Positions 9,890 to 20,410 are shown, numbered from the stretch's first letter. The stretch: DNA of 64,000 nucleotides from an uncultured Phycisphaerales bacterium (GCA_963755915.1 CAVWLP010000002.1:4448001-4512000), one strand, 5' to 3'. The notes: generated by a model not told the origin, from the letters alone. Numbers and translations are program-made.

Positions 9890-11932
9890 TCAACCCGCAT
9901 CTTCCGCGGTCGCATCGACGGCCAATCCGGTGCGACCGGCGACTGTTGCAACCGTGGCGATGAGTTCGGACGGCTCGACCGGCTTTGCCAGGTGTGCCAG
10001 ATAACCGGCATGCAATGCCCGGGTGCGATCCTGCGATCTTGCAAATGCGGTGAGTGCTATCGCGGGAACTTTGCCGCCTCTGGCGGCGCCCAGGGTCCGG
10101 ACGCGCCGAAGAAGCTCGTATCCATCGATGTCCGGCATGCCGATGTCGCTGATGAGGACGTCCGGTTTGTGGCTTTCGACCAGCAAAAGCGCCTTGGCGG
10201 CTGAAACCGCGACGAAGACTTCGGCGCCGCATTCTTCGAGCACACGTTTGATCAGATCGCGAGCATCGGCATGGTCATCGACCACGACCAGCTTCAACGC
10301 CGAGAGGTCGGTCGTCTTGTAGGGCGATGAGATGGTCATCGGTATCGGTGGTTGGCGCGGCTCGCGTTCGTCAAGCTTGGGGCGAGACATCGTGGTGGGA
10401 AGGCGGACGGTAAAGGTCGTGCCATGGCCTTCGCCCTGGCTCTCGGCGGAGACGCTGCCGCCGTGGAGTTCGACCAAATGTTTTACGATCGCGAGGCCCA
10501 GACCCAGACCACCATACTTTCGCGTCGTTGAGGCATCCGCCTGGCGGAAGCGCTCGAACACGTGGGCAAGCGATTGGGGGGCGACGCCAATTCCGGTGTC
10601 GGCCACGCTAATGTGAACTTGAGAATCCACTTTTTCCAGAAGGATCTGAACTTTGCCACCGGTGGGGGTGAATTTGACGGCGTTGGCGATCAGGTTCCAG
10701 ACGACTTGCTGGAGTCGGTTGGGGTCGCCGGCGATGGGGCCGGCGGTGGGATCGAGCCGCTTTTCAAGCTTGATCTCTTTTGCCTCTGCGGCCGGTCTCA
10801 TGGTTTCGATGGCTGCCTCGACGAAGGCCACGGGTTCCACGGTCTGAACATCGAGGCGGACTTTCCCGGAAATAATCCGGCTCATGTCGAGGAGGTCTTC
10901 AATGAGTTGCGTCTGAGCCCGGGCGTTTCGTTCGATGACGTCGAGTCCCTCCTTTAAGTCTTCAGCGCCCATCTTTCCCCGCCGCATGACCTGGGACCAG
11001 CCGAGGATGGCGTTCAGCGGCGTGCGGAGCTCGTGCGAGAGGGTTGCCAAAAACTCGTCCTTCATTCGACCGGCCCGCTCGGCTTCGCCTCGAGCGGCCC
11101 GTTCGCTGCTGAGAAGCGCGGCGCGCTCTCTTTCGGCTTCCTTTTGTCTGGTCAAATCCTGGACAAAGCAGACAAACTTCACTTCATTTTCTTCCAGGTT
11201 GGCGATTCGAAGCAGCACGGGAACGCGGGTTCCATTTTTTCGGACATATTCCTTCTCGAACGGCGTGCAAGCGCCGCGATGGGCAAGTTCGACGAGCGCC
11301 CGATCGTCGAGATGCGCGTATTCGCCCGGCGTGATCTGCCGCCAGTTGATTCGTCCCGCCTCAAGGTCTTCGCGCGAGTAGCCGATGATTTTCAAATAGG
11401 CGTCGTTGGCTTCAAAGACGCGCTGGGCATCGCAAAATGTCATTCCGATGACATTGGACTCCATGATCCTGGTCATCCGCCGCTCGCCGCGGCGAATCCG
11501 CTCGATCTGCTCGCGAATCTGATACTGTCGTTCCCGCGCCCTGACGGCAGACTGCATGGCGCTGAGAACGGAACGTGCCGGAGCCGGACGCTCGAGAAGG
11601 GTTACGTTTCTCAGCAGGCGGAGCACGCGAGTAGCGACCGGAGACAGATTTCCCCCTCGCATCATCATGACCACGGGCAGGTCCGACCAGGACGGTTGTT
11701 TGTTGAGACTGTCCAGAAGCTCGTCGATGCCGTCATCGGTAACGGCGTCTTCGGTCAGGAGAACGGCCCCGGCTCCGGTTTCGATTTCTTTGGCCAACCC
11801 GCCCAGGCTCCCGCAGACGACGCATGCGAGCCCCGCCCTGGTCAATAGCGAGCGGGTAATTTCCGCGTCTCTCGCGGTGGGTGCCGCGAGCAGGACACGT
11901 TTTGCCGCCTGATTTTCAGGGTTTGTGACCAT
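9890..11932 (-). CDS. Hybrid sensor histidine kinase (pseudo-receiver, PAS, HisKA, HATPase, REC)
   Basis: H-box FLATLSHELRTPL; N-box NLIANAVKFT; DTGIG; GLGLGL; C-terminal receiver VVDD...SDIGMP...KP. Confidence 0.95.
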   Translation of the reverse strand: MVTNPENQAAKRVLLAAPTARDAEITRSLLTRAGLACVVCGSLGGLAKEIETGAGAVLLTEDAVTDDGIDELLDSLNKQPSWSDLPVVMMMRGGNLSPVATRVLRLLRNVTLLERPAPARSVLSAMQSAVRARERQYQIREQIERIRRGERRMTRIMESNVIGMTFCDAQRVFEANDAYLKIIGYSREDLEAGRINWRQITPGEYAHLDDRALVELAHRGACTPFEKEYVRKNGTRVPVLLRIANLEENEVKFVCFVQDLTRQKEAERERAALLSSERAARGEAERAGRMKDEFLATLSHELRTPLNAILGWSQVMRRGKMGAEDLKEGLDVIERNARAQTQLIEDLLDMSRIISGKVRLDVQTVEPVAFVEAAIETMRPAAEAKEIKLEKRLDPTAGPIAGDPNRLQQVVWNLIANAVKFTPTGGKVQILLEKVDSQVHISVADTGIGVAPQSLAHVFERFRQADASTTRKYGGLGLGLAIVKHLVELHGGSVSAESQGEGHGTTFTVRLPTTMSRPKLDEREPRQPPIPMTISSPYKTTDLSALKLVVVDDHADARDLIKRVLEECGAEVFVAVSAAKALLLVESHKPDVLISDIGMPDIDGYELLRRVRTLGAARGGKVPAIALTAFARSQDRTRALHAGYLAHLAKPVEPSELIATVATVAGRTGLAVDATAEDAG

Positions 11933-11947
11933 GCGTTTTGCGCCGAT

Positions 11948-13435
11948 TTACGCATCGCTCAATTCAGAATTCACCTCGATAGGAACTCCGGTCAGAAGAC
12001 CCCGGAATTGCGTGAGCGGCCCACTTAGATGTATGCCTTTCTCATCGAAGGAAAGCTCCCGGATACTTTGTTCATGGGCGCCGCTCCGCTTTTTCACGAC
12101 CGAAATGGCCTTCTTTACCCGTCCTGAGTACTCAAAGTAACGGAGCAGAACGACCGAGTCAGCCAGATAACTGGTGTCGATGGGGGATTGCATGTTCGTG
12201 CCCACCATCCCGTGCTGGGCAACCACCATGAGCGTGGTGACGCCCCGCCGACCAAGATACGTCAAAAGCTCGTGCAACTGAGCGGTAAGGAATATCTCCT
12301 CGGGCATCGCATTCATATAGCCATTGAGGCTGTCGATGACGACGACACTGGCTTTGTCGGTCTCTACGGCTTCCCGCACCAGATAAGCGAATTCACCCGG
12401 TGAGAGTTCGGCGGGGTCGACTGATCGCACCCTCACCTGGCCTGCTTTGGCGCCCTGCTTGAATTTGATGCCCAGCGCCTCGGTCCGGGCCTCCAGAGTG
12501 TGGAGACTTTCATCGAACGCGAAGATGACGGAGTGTTCACCGCGGTCGGCGGCGGCCACGGCATACTGGACGGCAATCGTCGATTTGCCGGAACCGGCAG
12601 GTCCCATCAGAAGCGTACTGGTGCCGCGGTCCGGGCCACCGCCGAGCAGTTCATCGAGTGCCGATACTCCACTCTTGATTCGTTCGCGCTCGAACGGCTC
12701 ACTGTGTTCGGACGCCACCAATCGCGGAAATACCGTCAAGCCACCCGGGCTTATGGAAAAATCATGAAAGCCGCCCCGGTAATCACTCCCCCTGAACTTG
12801 ATCACCCGCAGCCTTCGACGCGCGGCGCCGTAGACGGGAGCAAGTTGCTCCAACGTGATGACCCCATGGGCAATACTGTGCAGTTGGAGATCCGAAGCTT
12901 CGGACGTGCGGTCGTCCAAAAGGAGTACCGTGCACTTGCGGCCAATGAAGAACTGCTTCAGAGCTAAAATCTGCCGACGATAACGCAACGAGTTTTGCGC
13001 CATGAGCCGCATTTCGGATAACGAATCAAAAACGATGCGAGTCGGATTCACCCGGGCGACGGCATCAAGCACGGCTTTGGTCGTTTCGCTAAGCTCCACC
13101 TCCGAGGGGTGATACATCGTCACTTGCTCATCAGTATCGAGGTCCTTCTCCCGGGCAATAAATTCGATGATTTCGATGCCGTCGAGGGACCAGCCGTGTG
13201 ATTCCGCTCCGGCGATGACTTCATCCCTGGTTTCCGAAAGCGTGAAATAGAGCGATTTTTCGCCATGCTTCGCGCCTTCGAGCAGGAATTGAAGCGACAG
13301 CGTTGTTTTTCCGGAACCGGGGTCGCCGTCCACGAGGTAGAGCCGGTGTGGAGTAAGGCCGCCGTTCAGGATGTCGTCGAGCCCCGGCACGCCCATTTTA
13401 ATCCGCACTGATTTGGCTTTACCGTCCGCCTTCAT
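11948..13435 (-). CDS. KaiC-like double-domain RecA-fold ATPase (KaiC/GvpD family)
   Basis: Two Walker A motifs (GDPGSGKT, GPAGSGKS); VFDSL and VIDSL; KFRGS and KKRSG; DTSYLAD. Confidence 0.92.
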   Translation of the reverse strand: MKADGKAKSVRIKMGVPGLDDILNGGLTPHRLYLVDGDPGSGKTTLSLQFLLEGAKHGEKSLYFTLSETRDEVIAGAESHGWSLDGIEIIEFIAREKDLDTDEQVTMYHPSEVELSETTKAVLDAVARVNPTRIVFDSLSEMRLMAQNSLRYRRQILALKQFFIGRKCTVLLLDDRTSEASDLQLHSIAHGVITLEQLAPVYGAARRRLRVIKFRGSDYRGGFHDFSISPGGLTVFPRLVASEHSEPFERERIKSGVSALDELLGGGPDRGTSTLLMGPAGSGKSTIAVQYAVAAADRGEHSVIFAFDESLHTLEARTEALGIKFKQGAKAGQVRVRSVDPAELSPGEFAYLVREAVETDKASVVVIDSLNGYMNAMPEEIFLTAQLHELLTYLGRRGVTTLMVVAQHGMVGTNMQSPIDTSYLADSVVLLRYFEYSGRVKKAISVVKKRSGAHEQSIRELSFDEKGIHLSGPLTQFRGLLTGVPIEVNSELSDA

Positions 13436-13674
13436 GCTGTGCTCCCAAAAGTCATTTCTTGTCCGCGCCGGGTTCGGAAAGGTCTGCGCCGGTTCCGCTC
13501 GGGAACGCGGTAAACGCGATCAAAAAGACCGCAAAGCATCACAATCGGCGTCGGTAATCAGAAGCCTGACACGGAGTTGCGCCACCGCACTTTACTATGC
13601 TGCAGAAATGCCAACAACGGAAAAAGTCGTGGGGGAAAGGGGGAATTTGCTGCGGAGGGGCCGAGCGGCCCGTC

Positions 13675-14277
13675 TCAGCCCTGCGGCAACGGCTCATCCG
13701 CCTGCGCCGACGCGGCCACCGAAATCTTCTTTCCCTCCAGAATCCAGATGATGTTCCGCAGATAAACGAACGATCCAAACGCCTGGCCCAGCAGGCCGAT
13801 GGGGTCGCGGCGCCACATGAAATAGCTCAGCAGAAGCAGCGAGCCGACGAGGCTCATCCACCAGAACATGGGGGGGACGACGCTCGTGCCGTGGCGCTCG
13901 CTGACGATCCACTGGACGATCATCCGGCCGGTGAAGAGAAGCTGGCCGAAGAGGCCCAAGGAGAGCCAGAAAATGATGGTGCTGGAGCCGCCCCCGAAAA
14001 CGGAGGCGAGAGCGCCGGCGGTGGCGGCGTGGTAGGTCTGGTCGGTGAGCTCCTGGAAGCTCACGGGCTGCGGGGATTCGCCCGGATGACAAATAAAATA
14101 TTGGTACGATCCGTCGGCTTGGCGAAGGAGGTAGACCTGGGCGCGGGAGTCAGGCAGCCGCATGTCGGTGTGAACGGCGCCGGGGACCGGGGAATGCTGA
14201 CGGAACATCTCGACGGCGACGCCGCAGATGATGGCGACGAAGATGATCTCGCTGACGATCAGGTATAGACGGGACAT
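13675..14277 (-). CDS. Lipid-A-disaccharide synthase N-terminal domain (LAB_N) membrane protein
   Basis: GLFGQLLFTGRMIVQWIVSERHGTSVVPPMFWWMSLVGS...RDPIGLLGQ...YLRN. Confidence 0.88.
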   Translation of the reverse strand: MSRLYLIVSEIIFVAIICGVAVEMFRQHSPVPGAVHTDMRLPDSRAQVYLLRQADGSYQYFICHPGESPQPVSFQELTDQTYHAATAGALASVFGGGSSTIIFWLSLGLFGQLLFTGRMIVQWIVSERHGTSVVPPMFWWMSLVGSLLLLSYFMWRRDPIGLLGQAFGSFVYLRNIIWILEGKKISVAASAQADEPLPQG

Positions 14278-14296
14278 GGGGGCTGTTCCTCTGGAT

Positions 14297-14329
14297 GAAT
14301 GCGAATGCCGAATTCCAAATGCCAAATGA
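14297..14329. repeat. Degenerate heptamer tandem array ((G/A)AATGCC-like)
   Basis: gaatgc gaatgcc gaattcc aaatgcc aaatga in the intergenic spacer. Confidence 0.55.
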
Positions 14330-14348
14330 AAGGCTAAGAAATACAGTC

Positions 14349-14843
14349 CTACGCCCGTTTTTGCATCTGCTCGGCCGCTTTCGCCGTTGCGGGGTCGGGG
14401 ACGAAAGTCGCGACGAACTGGCGGTTTTCGGCGGGGGTGAGAGGCATGTATTTGCCCGTCGCCTCCGCGATAAGATTCCCGAAATTGTCCTTGGCCGTCG
14501 CGGATGTGAGGATAAGTTTTGAGCGGCTCGACTCAACCCGCGCCGTGAATTTCAGCGGCTCGCGCAGGCGGGCCTTGCGGCGGAAACGCACGTTCATTTC
14601 GGCACAGACGCAAAACCGGTGGTTGGACCAGGAGGCGGCCCAGACCATGACTTCATCGAGAACGGTGGCAACGACACCGCCGTGGGTCATCGCGGAAAAA
14701 CCGATGTGATGGTCGTCAGGCGTGAATTCGGTGTGAACGACGCCGGTCGGGGGATCGACAAAGAGTCGCAGGCGCAGTCCTTTTGTGTTGGCCGGTCCGC
14801 AGACGACGCAGCCGGCGGTGTGGGGCAATTCAAGCGGGGGCAT
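14349..14843 (-). CDS. PaaI-family (hotdog-fold) thioesterase
   Basis: CVVCGPANTKGL; HGGVVATVLDE; EMNVRFRR. Confidence 0.9.
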   Translation of the reverse strand: MPPLELPHTAGCVVCGPANTKGLRLRLFVDPPTGVVHTEFTPDDHHIGFSAMTHGGVVATVLDEVMVWAASWSNHRFCVCAEMNVRFRRKARLREPLKFTARVESSRSKLILTSATAKDNFGNLIAEATGKYMPLTPAENRQFVATFVPDPATAKAAEQMQKRA

Positions 14844-14846
14844 GGA

Positions 14847-16415
14847 TTAGGAAGATACCGGGTCGACAACGGCTTTAACAGCAAGGGCCAGCTCAGCCTC
14901 GGCGTTGTCGCGGGCCATGCGGCGGAGGACCAGCAGGCTGTTGAAGCCGACGTAGAAATATCCGCCGGCAAAGATGGCGAGGAAGGGAACGGCCTGGAGG
15001 CAGAACTGATAGCGGAGGCTGATGAAAATCCAGCTTGCCATGTAGCAGCCGAAGGCAACTTCGATGATCGGAAGCCCGAGCTTGCGCAAAGTGAAAACGC
15101 CGGGGCGGAGCCACGCGGTTTTTGCGAATCCGCCGACGCCATATTTCGGCGTGCGAATGAATTCGCTGGGCTTGCGGCGGATGGCGCCCCAGATGGCTTC
15201 GAGAACGGCCTGGCAGTTATTGAGGCTCACGCCGACGCCCAGCGCCATCAGCAATGGCATGTAGAGAACGGTTTTCCAGCCGGCGACTTTGCCGAGCAGT
15301 TCGCGCTGGCCGACGATGAAAAATGTGCTGGCGGAGCAAGTGGCGAGGATAAAGAGGCTGACGCTGAAAAGAGACTGGCCCCAATGCGTGTGCTCTTTCA
15401 GGGGGCTGTAGAAGCTGAGGAAGGCGGGATACATCAGCAGCGTGAGGAGGACCATCATGACGTAGACGATGGTGTTGGTCAGATGGAAGAAGGCCTCGGT
15501 TTTTACGCGCAGGGGAGATGCTTTGACCTTAATACGCGCGGGAGGAGCTTGATGGCGGTCTGGAAGCTGCCCTTGGTCCAGCGGTGGGCCTGCTGCTTGA
15601 AGCCGATCATTTCCGGCGGGAGCTCGGCAGGCGCAGAACTGGGGGAGGTAGACGAATTGCCACCCCTTCATCTGGGCGCGGTAGCTGAGGTCGAGGTCTT
15701 CGGTGAGGGTGTCGTGTTCCCAGCCACCGGCGTCTTCGATGGTTTTGCGGCGCCAGACACCGGCGGTGCCGTTGAAATGCATGAAGCGTCCGCTGCGGTT
15801 GCGGGCGGTATGCTCGATGACGAAGTGGCCGTCGAGGAAAATCGCCTGGCTCTTGGTGAGCAGCGACGCGTCGCGGTTGAGGTGGTCCCAGCGGACCTGG
15901 ACCATGCCGACTTTGTCGTCGGTGAAATAATCGAGGACGTTGTAAAGGATGTCGCGAGGAGGGACGAAATCGGCGTCGAAGATGACGATGAATTCGCCGG
16001 AGGCCTGGGGAAGCCCCGCGGCGAGGGCGCCGGCCTTGTATCCCTTGCGGTCGGCGCGGTGAATGTAGCGGACGGGATAGCCCTTCGCGACCCATCTTTC
16101 GCACGCTACCCGGGCGATGCGGGCGGAATCGTCGGTGCTGTCGTCGAGGACCTGAATTTCGAATTTTTCCAGCGGATAATCTATCTGGCAGGTGGCGTCG
16201 ATGATGCGCTCGGCGACTTCGCGCTCGTTAAACATCGGCAACTGCACGGTAACGAGGGGCAGCTCGTTAAATTGACTCTTGGGCTGGTAGTGTTCGTGGC
16301 GATGCTTCAGGTAGAGATAGACCAGGACGTAGCGGTGGAAACCATAGAGTGCCACGATCGCGAGGACGGACACGTAAATGAAAACCACTACATCGTCTGA
16401 AAAACGATCCACCAT
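14847..16415 (-). CDS. Glycosyltransferase family 2, cellulose-synthase-like (compensating frameshift pair around 15520-15630)
   Basis: QLPMFNE, VLDDS, GYKAGAL, FDAD, FNGTAG and TLTEDLD. The QQAHRWTKG (QxxRW) motif is present only in an alternate frame. Confidence 0.9.
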   Translation of the reverse strand: MVDRFSDDVVVFIYVSVLAIVALYGFHRYVLVYLYLKHRHEHYQPKSQFNELPLVTVQLPMFNEREVAERIIDATCQIDYPLEKFEIQVLDDSTDDSARIARVACERWVAKGYPVRYIHRADRKGYKAGALAAGLPQASGEFIVIFDADFVPPRDILYNVLDYFTDDKVGMVQVRWDHLNRDASLLTKSQAIFLDGHFVIEHTARNRSGRFMHFNGTAGVWRRKTIEDAGGWEHDTLTEDLDLSYRAQMKGWQFVYLPQFCACRAPAGNDRLQAAGPPLDQGQLPDRHQAPPARIKVKASPLRVKTEAFFHLTNTIVYVMMVLLTLLMYPAFLSFYSPLKEHTHWGQSLFSVSLFILATCSASTFFIVGQRELLGKVAGWKTVLYMPLLMALGVGVSLNNCQAVLEAIWGAIRRKPSEFIRTPKYGVGGFAKTAWLRPGVFTLRKLGLPIIEVAFGCYMASWIFISLRYQFCLQAVPFLAIFAGGYFYVGFNSLLVLRRMARDNAEAELALAVKAVVDPVSS

Positions 16416-16472
16416 AAGGCTCTAACGACGGGTTCCCTTGTGCCATCCTCCGTGCTAGCGATGACGGAGCGG

Positions 16473-16502
16473 ATTGTAGAGGATTTACTGATTTTGTGTC
16501 AA
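16473..16502 (-). promoter_or_regulatory. Sigma70 promoter for the GT2 operon
   Basis: TTGACA-N18-TACAAT on the minus strand. Confidence 0.7.
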
Positions 16503-16594
16503 TGGGAGGTCCGCGCCGAACGGAACCACGTGGAGAGGCACTTTCCGGGCCGAATTCGTGGAAAACGTGATGCGCACCAAAATTCGCGCGTTTT

Positions 16595-17166
16595 TTATTC
16601 TTTGGGCGCTTCGGGAGAATTCTCGGCGGCGGGCTTTTCGTCAGCCGGTTTCGATGCCGCATCTTCAGGCTTGGTCTTCTTCAGTGCCCGGCCGGCGAAT
16701 TCGTGGCGGCGCTGGTTGCGTTTTCGGCGGAGGCCGGCACTGCGGCGGACGGTGCCGCGGGGGACGTTTTCCTCGGTGAGGAGCTGGAGGAGGACGAGCG
16801 ACCCACCGTCGCCGATGCGGAAATCGCTCAGCTTGATGATGCGGGTGTAGCCACCGGGACGATCGGCGAATTTGGGGGCGATGTCGGTGAAGAGTTTCTG
16901 GACAACAGTTTGGCCGGTGAATTCCTGGTCTTCATCGGTGAGCCGGCGGTCCTGAAGCACGGAGATGACCTTGCGGCGGCCACCAGGGTGTTGCGGCGGG
17001 CGAGGGTGATGAGCCGCTCAGCCATGGCGCGGACTTCCTTGGCCTTGGGAAGCGTGGTGCGGACTTTTCCGTGCTCAAAAAGGCTCTGGCAGAGATTGCG
17101 GCGGATGGCCTTGCGGTGATCGGAGTCAACGCTGAGCTGGCGGCCGAAGATTCGATGGCTACTCAT
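16595..17166 (-). CDS. rplQ: 50S ribosomal protein L17 (apparent frameshift near 16978)
   Basis: HRKAIRRNLCQSLFEHGKVRTTLPKAKE joined to KLFTDIAPKFADRPGGYTRIIKL. Confidence 0.95.
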
Positions 17167-17219
17167 GGCTGGTACCTGATTTCAATTCCAAATCTAAACG
17201 ATACTGATTACCCGCGTGA

Positions 17220-18338
17220 TTACTCCGTAGTGGACGTATCCGCTGCGCCGCTGGGCTGGGGCTCGTGGCCACCGGGGGCGGTCTCTTCGGTTTCGTCGTC
17301 CTCGTCGTCGTCGGGCATGGTTGCAGCGTTCTGCGGGGCGGCGTCGAGATCCATGCCAAGGCTCAGGCCCAGGTCGGCCAGCTTGCGCTTGACCTCGCGG
17401 AGGCTGGTCTTGCCGAAGCTGCGGACCTTGAGCAGATCCGAATCGGTCTTCTTGACCAGATCGCGCACCGTGGTGATCTTGGCCGATTCCAGGCAGTTGT
17501 TGGCTCGGACGGACAGATCCAGCTCCTGGATCGTCATGTTCAGCTTCTGCTGGAGATCGGGGTCGATCATCGCCTTGGTTGGCGTCGCGAAGTGCGGAAA
17601 TGGCGTCGTCGTTGGCGGTTTCGGTGCCCAGTTCGAAGTACTGGACGAAGGGGTTGAGGTGCTTGCGGAGAATCTTGCTGGCTTCGACCAGCGCCATTTC
17701 CGGAGTGAGCGTTCCGTTGGTCCAGATTTCGAGGATGAGGCGGTCGTAGTCGGTCTTCTGGCCGACGCGGGCGTCTTCCGTGGCGTAACGCACGCGGGTG
17801 ACGGGGGAATAAATGCTGTCGACGGCGATGAGCCCGATTTCCTGCTCCTCAATGTCGGCGATGTTTTCGGCGGCGGTGACGTAGCCGCGGCCCTTGGAGA
17901 CAGTCAGCGACATCTCAAAGGGAAGGTCTTCAGTGAGGGTGGCGATGACAGGTCTTTATTGACGATGGTGATCGACGGGTCGGACTCGATCATGCCGGCG
18001 GTGATGGCGCCGGCCTTGTTGGAGGTGAGCTTCATCTCCTTGTCGTCGTCGCTGTCGAGTTTCACGACGAGGCTCTTGACGTTGAGGATGATGTCGGTGA
18101 CGTCTTCCATCACGCCGGGGAGGCTGGAGAACTCGTGCTCCGCGCCCTTGAGGCGGATATGGGTGACGGCGGCGCCTTCAAGTGAGGAGAGGAGGATCCG
18201 CCGAAGGCTGTTGCCGACGGTGGTTCCAAATCCGCGTTCGAAGGGCTCGGCGACGAACTTACCATAGGTGTCAGTCGATACCTGCTCGTCGCGAACGACG
18301 CGCGAGGGCAATTCCAATCCACGCCAACGAATTCTCAT
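17220..18338 (-). CDS. rpoA: RNA polymerase alpha subunit (apparent frameshifts near 17950 and 17595)
   Basis: [52 protein letters not shown]. These motifs span three frames. Confidence 0.96.
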
Positions 18339-18479
18339 AAGATTTTTCTCCTGAAGCTGAGCATCCCGTCGGATCGCCGAAGTTTACCGCCCCAACCGTT
18401 AGGGGCCATCTGTCTTCAGCCTCGCCAAAGGGACACGGGTTAAATTTTCAGTTTATCTGTTTCGTTTCTCCGGATCGAA

Positions 18480-18507
18480 GCGCACCCCTGCGGGGTTGCG
18501 GCTAAAC
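18480..18507 (-). repeat. REP-like hairpin (GTTTAGCCGC type), downstream of rpsK
   Basis: Minus strand GTTTAGCCGCAACCCCGCAGGGGTGCGC, similar to the copies at 18957 and 20411. Confidence 0.7.
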
Positions 18508-18518
18508 AATTCGAATGA

Positions 18519-18932
18519 TTAAACGCGCCTCTTTTTGGGCGGGCGGCAGCCGTTGTGCGGCAGCGGGGTTACGTCCTCGATGCCGGTGATCTTCAGGCCG
18601 GAGTTCTGGAGATTCAAAATGGCCTGTTCACGGCCGGCGCCGGGGCCTTTGACTTTCACTTCCACCTCCATCATGCCGGCCTTCTTGGCGGCCTGGGCGG
18701 CGTTTTCAGCGGCGCGGCCCGCGGCGTAGGGGGTGCTCTTGCGGGCGCCCTTGAAGAATCCGCCCTTGCCGGCGGAGGCCCAGGCAATCGTCTCGCCGCT
18801 GGGATCGGTGATGGTGACGATCGTGTTGTTGAACGTCGCCTTAATGTGGGCGATTCCGCGCGTCACGCCTTTGCGGATCTTTTTCTTTTTGGCGGCTTTT
18901 GCGCCGGTGGCTGGTTTGGCTTGTTCGCTCAT
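18519..18932 (-). CDS. rpsK: 30S ribosomal protein S11
   Basis: [40 protein letters not shown]. Confidence 0.98.
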   Translation of the reverse strand: MSEQAKPATGAKAAKKKKIRKGVTRGIAHIKATFNNTIVTITDPSGETIAWASAGKGGFFKGARKSTPYAAGRAAENAAQAAKKAGMMEVEVKVKGPGAGREQAILNLQNSGLKITGIEDVTPLPHNGCRPPKKRRV

Positions 18933-18956
18933 TGTAGTTCTCGCTCAGACGAAATC

Positions 18957-18983
18957 GCGCTCCCCTGCGGGTCGCGGCTAAAC
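18957..18983 (-). repeat. REP-like hairpin, downstream of rpsM
   Basis: Minus strand GTTTAGCCGCGACCCGCAGGGGAGCGC. Confidence 0.7.
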
Positions 18984-18997
18984 AATTGTCTAATCTC

Positions 18998-19384
18998 TTA
19001 CTTGCCGAGTTCCTTGACGCCCTTCTTGCCGGCGACGGTTTTGCGCGGCCCTTTGCGGGTTCGCGCGTTGGACCTGGTGCGCTGGCCGCGGACGGGCAGG
19101 CTGCGGCGGTGGCGATTGCCGCGATAACTGCCGATGTCGCGCAGGCGGGCGATGTTCTGTGTCACGGTGCGGCGCAGGGCGCCTTCGACCTGGTAGTCGC
19201 GGTCGATGATGCCGATGATCTTCGCCAGCTCCTCTTCGCTGAGGTCCTTGGCGCGGCGCTGGAGATCGATGTTCAGCTCGCGAAGGATAATCCGGCTGTT
19301 GGTGCGACCGATGCCAAAGAGATATGTGAGGCTGATCCAGATCGGTTTGTCCGGCGGAATGTCGACGCCCGAGATACGCGGCAT
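18998..19384 (-). CDS. rpsM: 30S ribosomal protein S13
   Basis: [34 protein letters not shown]. Confidence 0.98.
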   Translation of the reverse strand: MPRISGVDIPPDKPIWISLTYLFGIGRTNSRIILRELNIDLQRRAKDLSEEELAKIIGIIDRDYQVEGALRRTVTQNIARLRDIGSYRGNRHRRSLPVRGQRTRSNARTRKGPRKTVAGKKGVKELGK

Positions 19385-19388
19385 ATTT

Positions 19389-19502
19389 TTATCCCTGCTT
19401 CTGCTTATGTTTGGTGTTTTTACAGATCACGCGCACGACGCCTTTGCGGCGCACGATCTTGCAGTTTTCACAAATCCTTCTGACGCTGGCGCGAACTTTC
19501 AT
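19389..19502 (-). CDS. rpmJ: 50S ribosomal protein L36 (zinc-binding form; too short for the ORF track)
   Basis: Manual translation gives [37 protein letters not shown]. Confidence 0.97.
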   Translation of the reverse strand: MKVRASVRRICENCKIVRRKGVVRVICKNTKHKQKQG

Positions 19503-19553
19503 GGAAGACTACCCTGCAAAAAACTTTCCTGCTCTGCAATCGTCGAATTGTCC

Positions 19554-19582
19554 ATTTTAGCCGAATGATTTCGTTTCCTCAA
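19554..19582 (-). promoter_or_regulatory. Candidate internal promoter for rpmJ-rpsM-rpsK-rpoA-rplQ
   Basis: TTGAGG-N17-TAAAAT on the minus strand. Confidence 0.45.
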
Positions 19583-20400
19583 GTCCCGGTGGGGGCGGGA
19601 ATTGGCGCGGTCTCCGCGGCGACGCGGCCGTCGGTAAGAATATCCACACCGGTGTCTGTCACCGCGACGGTATGCTCGAAATGCGCCGCGGGCATGCGAT
19701 CGACCGTAAATACCGTCCAGCCATCGCGATACAAATCAACGTCGCGCCGCCCGGCGACAACCATCGGCTCCACCGCCAGGGTCATCCCCCGGCGGAGCAC
19801 GAAATCTCCGGTCAACTGCTCGGCGGTGACGAAATTGGGGACCTTGGGCTCCTCGTGCATTCCCCGGCCGATGCCGTGGCCGACGAATTCGCGGACGACG
19901 TTGTAGCCATTTTTCTCGACGAAATGCTGGACGAGGCGGGCGATGTCGGACCATTTGCGGCCCGGACGCATGTTCTGAAGCGCCAGGTCGAGCGATTGGC
20001 TGGTGACGTCGAGGAGACGCTGGAGGGCGGGGCTTATGTGGCCGATGCCGACGGTTGTGGCGATGTCGGCGCAGTAGCCGTCGAGGGAGAGGGCCAGGTC
20101 GAGGGTGACGACGTCGCCGTCTTTAAGCGTGCGCGGGCCGGGGACGCCGTGGACGACCTCTTCGTTAATGCTGATGCAGGTGTGGCCGGGGAAGCCTTCG
20201 CCGGGGCGGTACGTGGGATAGTTCTTGGAAAGCGCCTTGGCGTTGTGGCGATCGAGCTCGACGCGGGCGAGATCGTCCAGCTCCTGGGTGGAAACGCCGG
20301 CAGAGGCGGCCTGACGCATTTTGTTGAGGATGTCCCAGCCGAGGCGGCCGGCGCGCCGCATGCGTTCGATTTCGAAGCGGCTTTTAATGATGATGGGCAT
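19579..20400 (-). CDS. map: Type I methionine aminopeptidase
   Basis: CISINEEVVHGVP; GHGIG; HEEP; LAVEPM; AHFEHT. Confidence 0.97.
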   Translation of the reverse strand: MPIIIKSRFEIERMRRAGRLGWDILNKMRQAASAGVSTQELDDLARVELDRHNAKALSKNYPTYRPGEGFPGHTCISINEEVVHGVPGPRTLKDGDVVTLDLALSLDGYCADIATTVGIGHISPALQRLLDVTSQSLDLALQNMRPGRKWSDIARLVQHFVEKNGYNVVREFVGHGIGRGMHEEPKVPNFVTAEQLTGDFVLRRGMTLAVEPMVVAGRRDVDLYRDGWTVFTVDRMPAAHFEHTVAVTDTGVDILTDGRVAAETAPIPAPTGT

Positions 20401-20410
20401 GGGAGAGAAA

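Noticed and set aside
11948-13435. A true circadian clock or a gas vesicle operon
   Set aside because: No kaiA, kaiB or gvp genes are present in the window.
16595-18338. Pseudogenisation or programmed frameshifting of rpoA and rplQ, and about 11 other split genes
   Set aside because: These genes are essential, mostly single-base fixes restore canonical motifs, many breaks fall at short homopolymers, and no shared slippery signal is seen. Long-read error is the simplest explanation.
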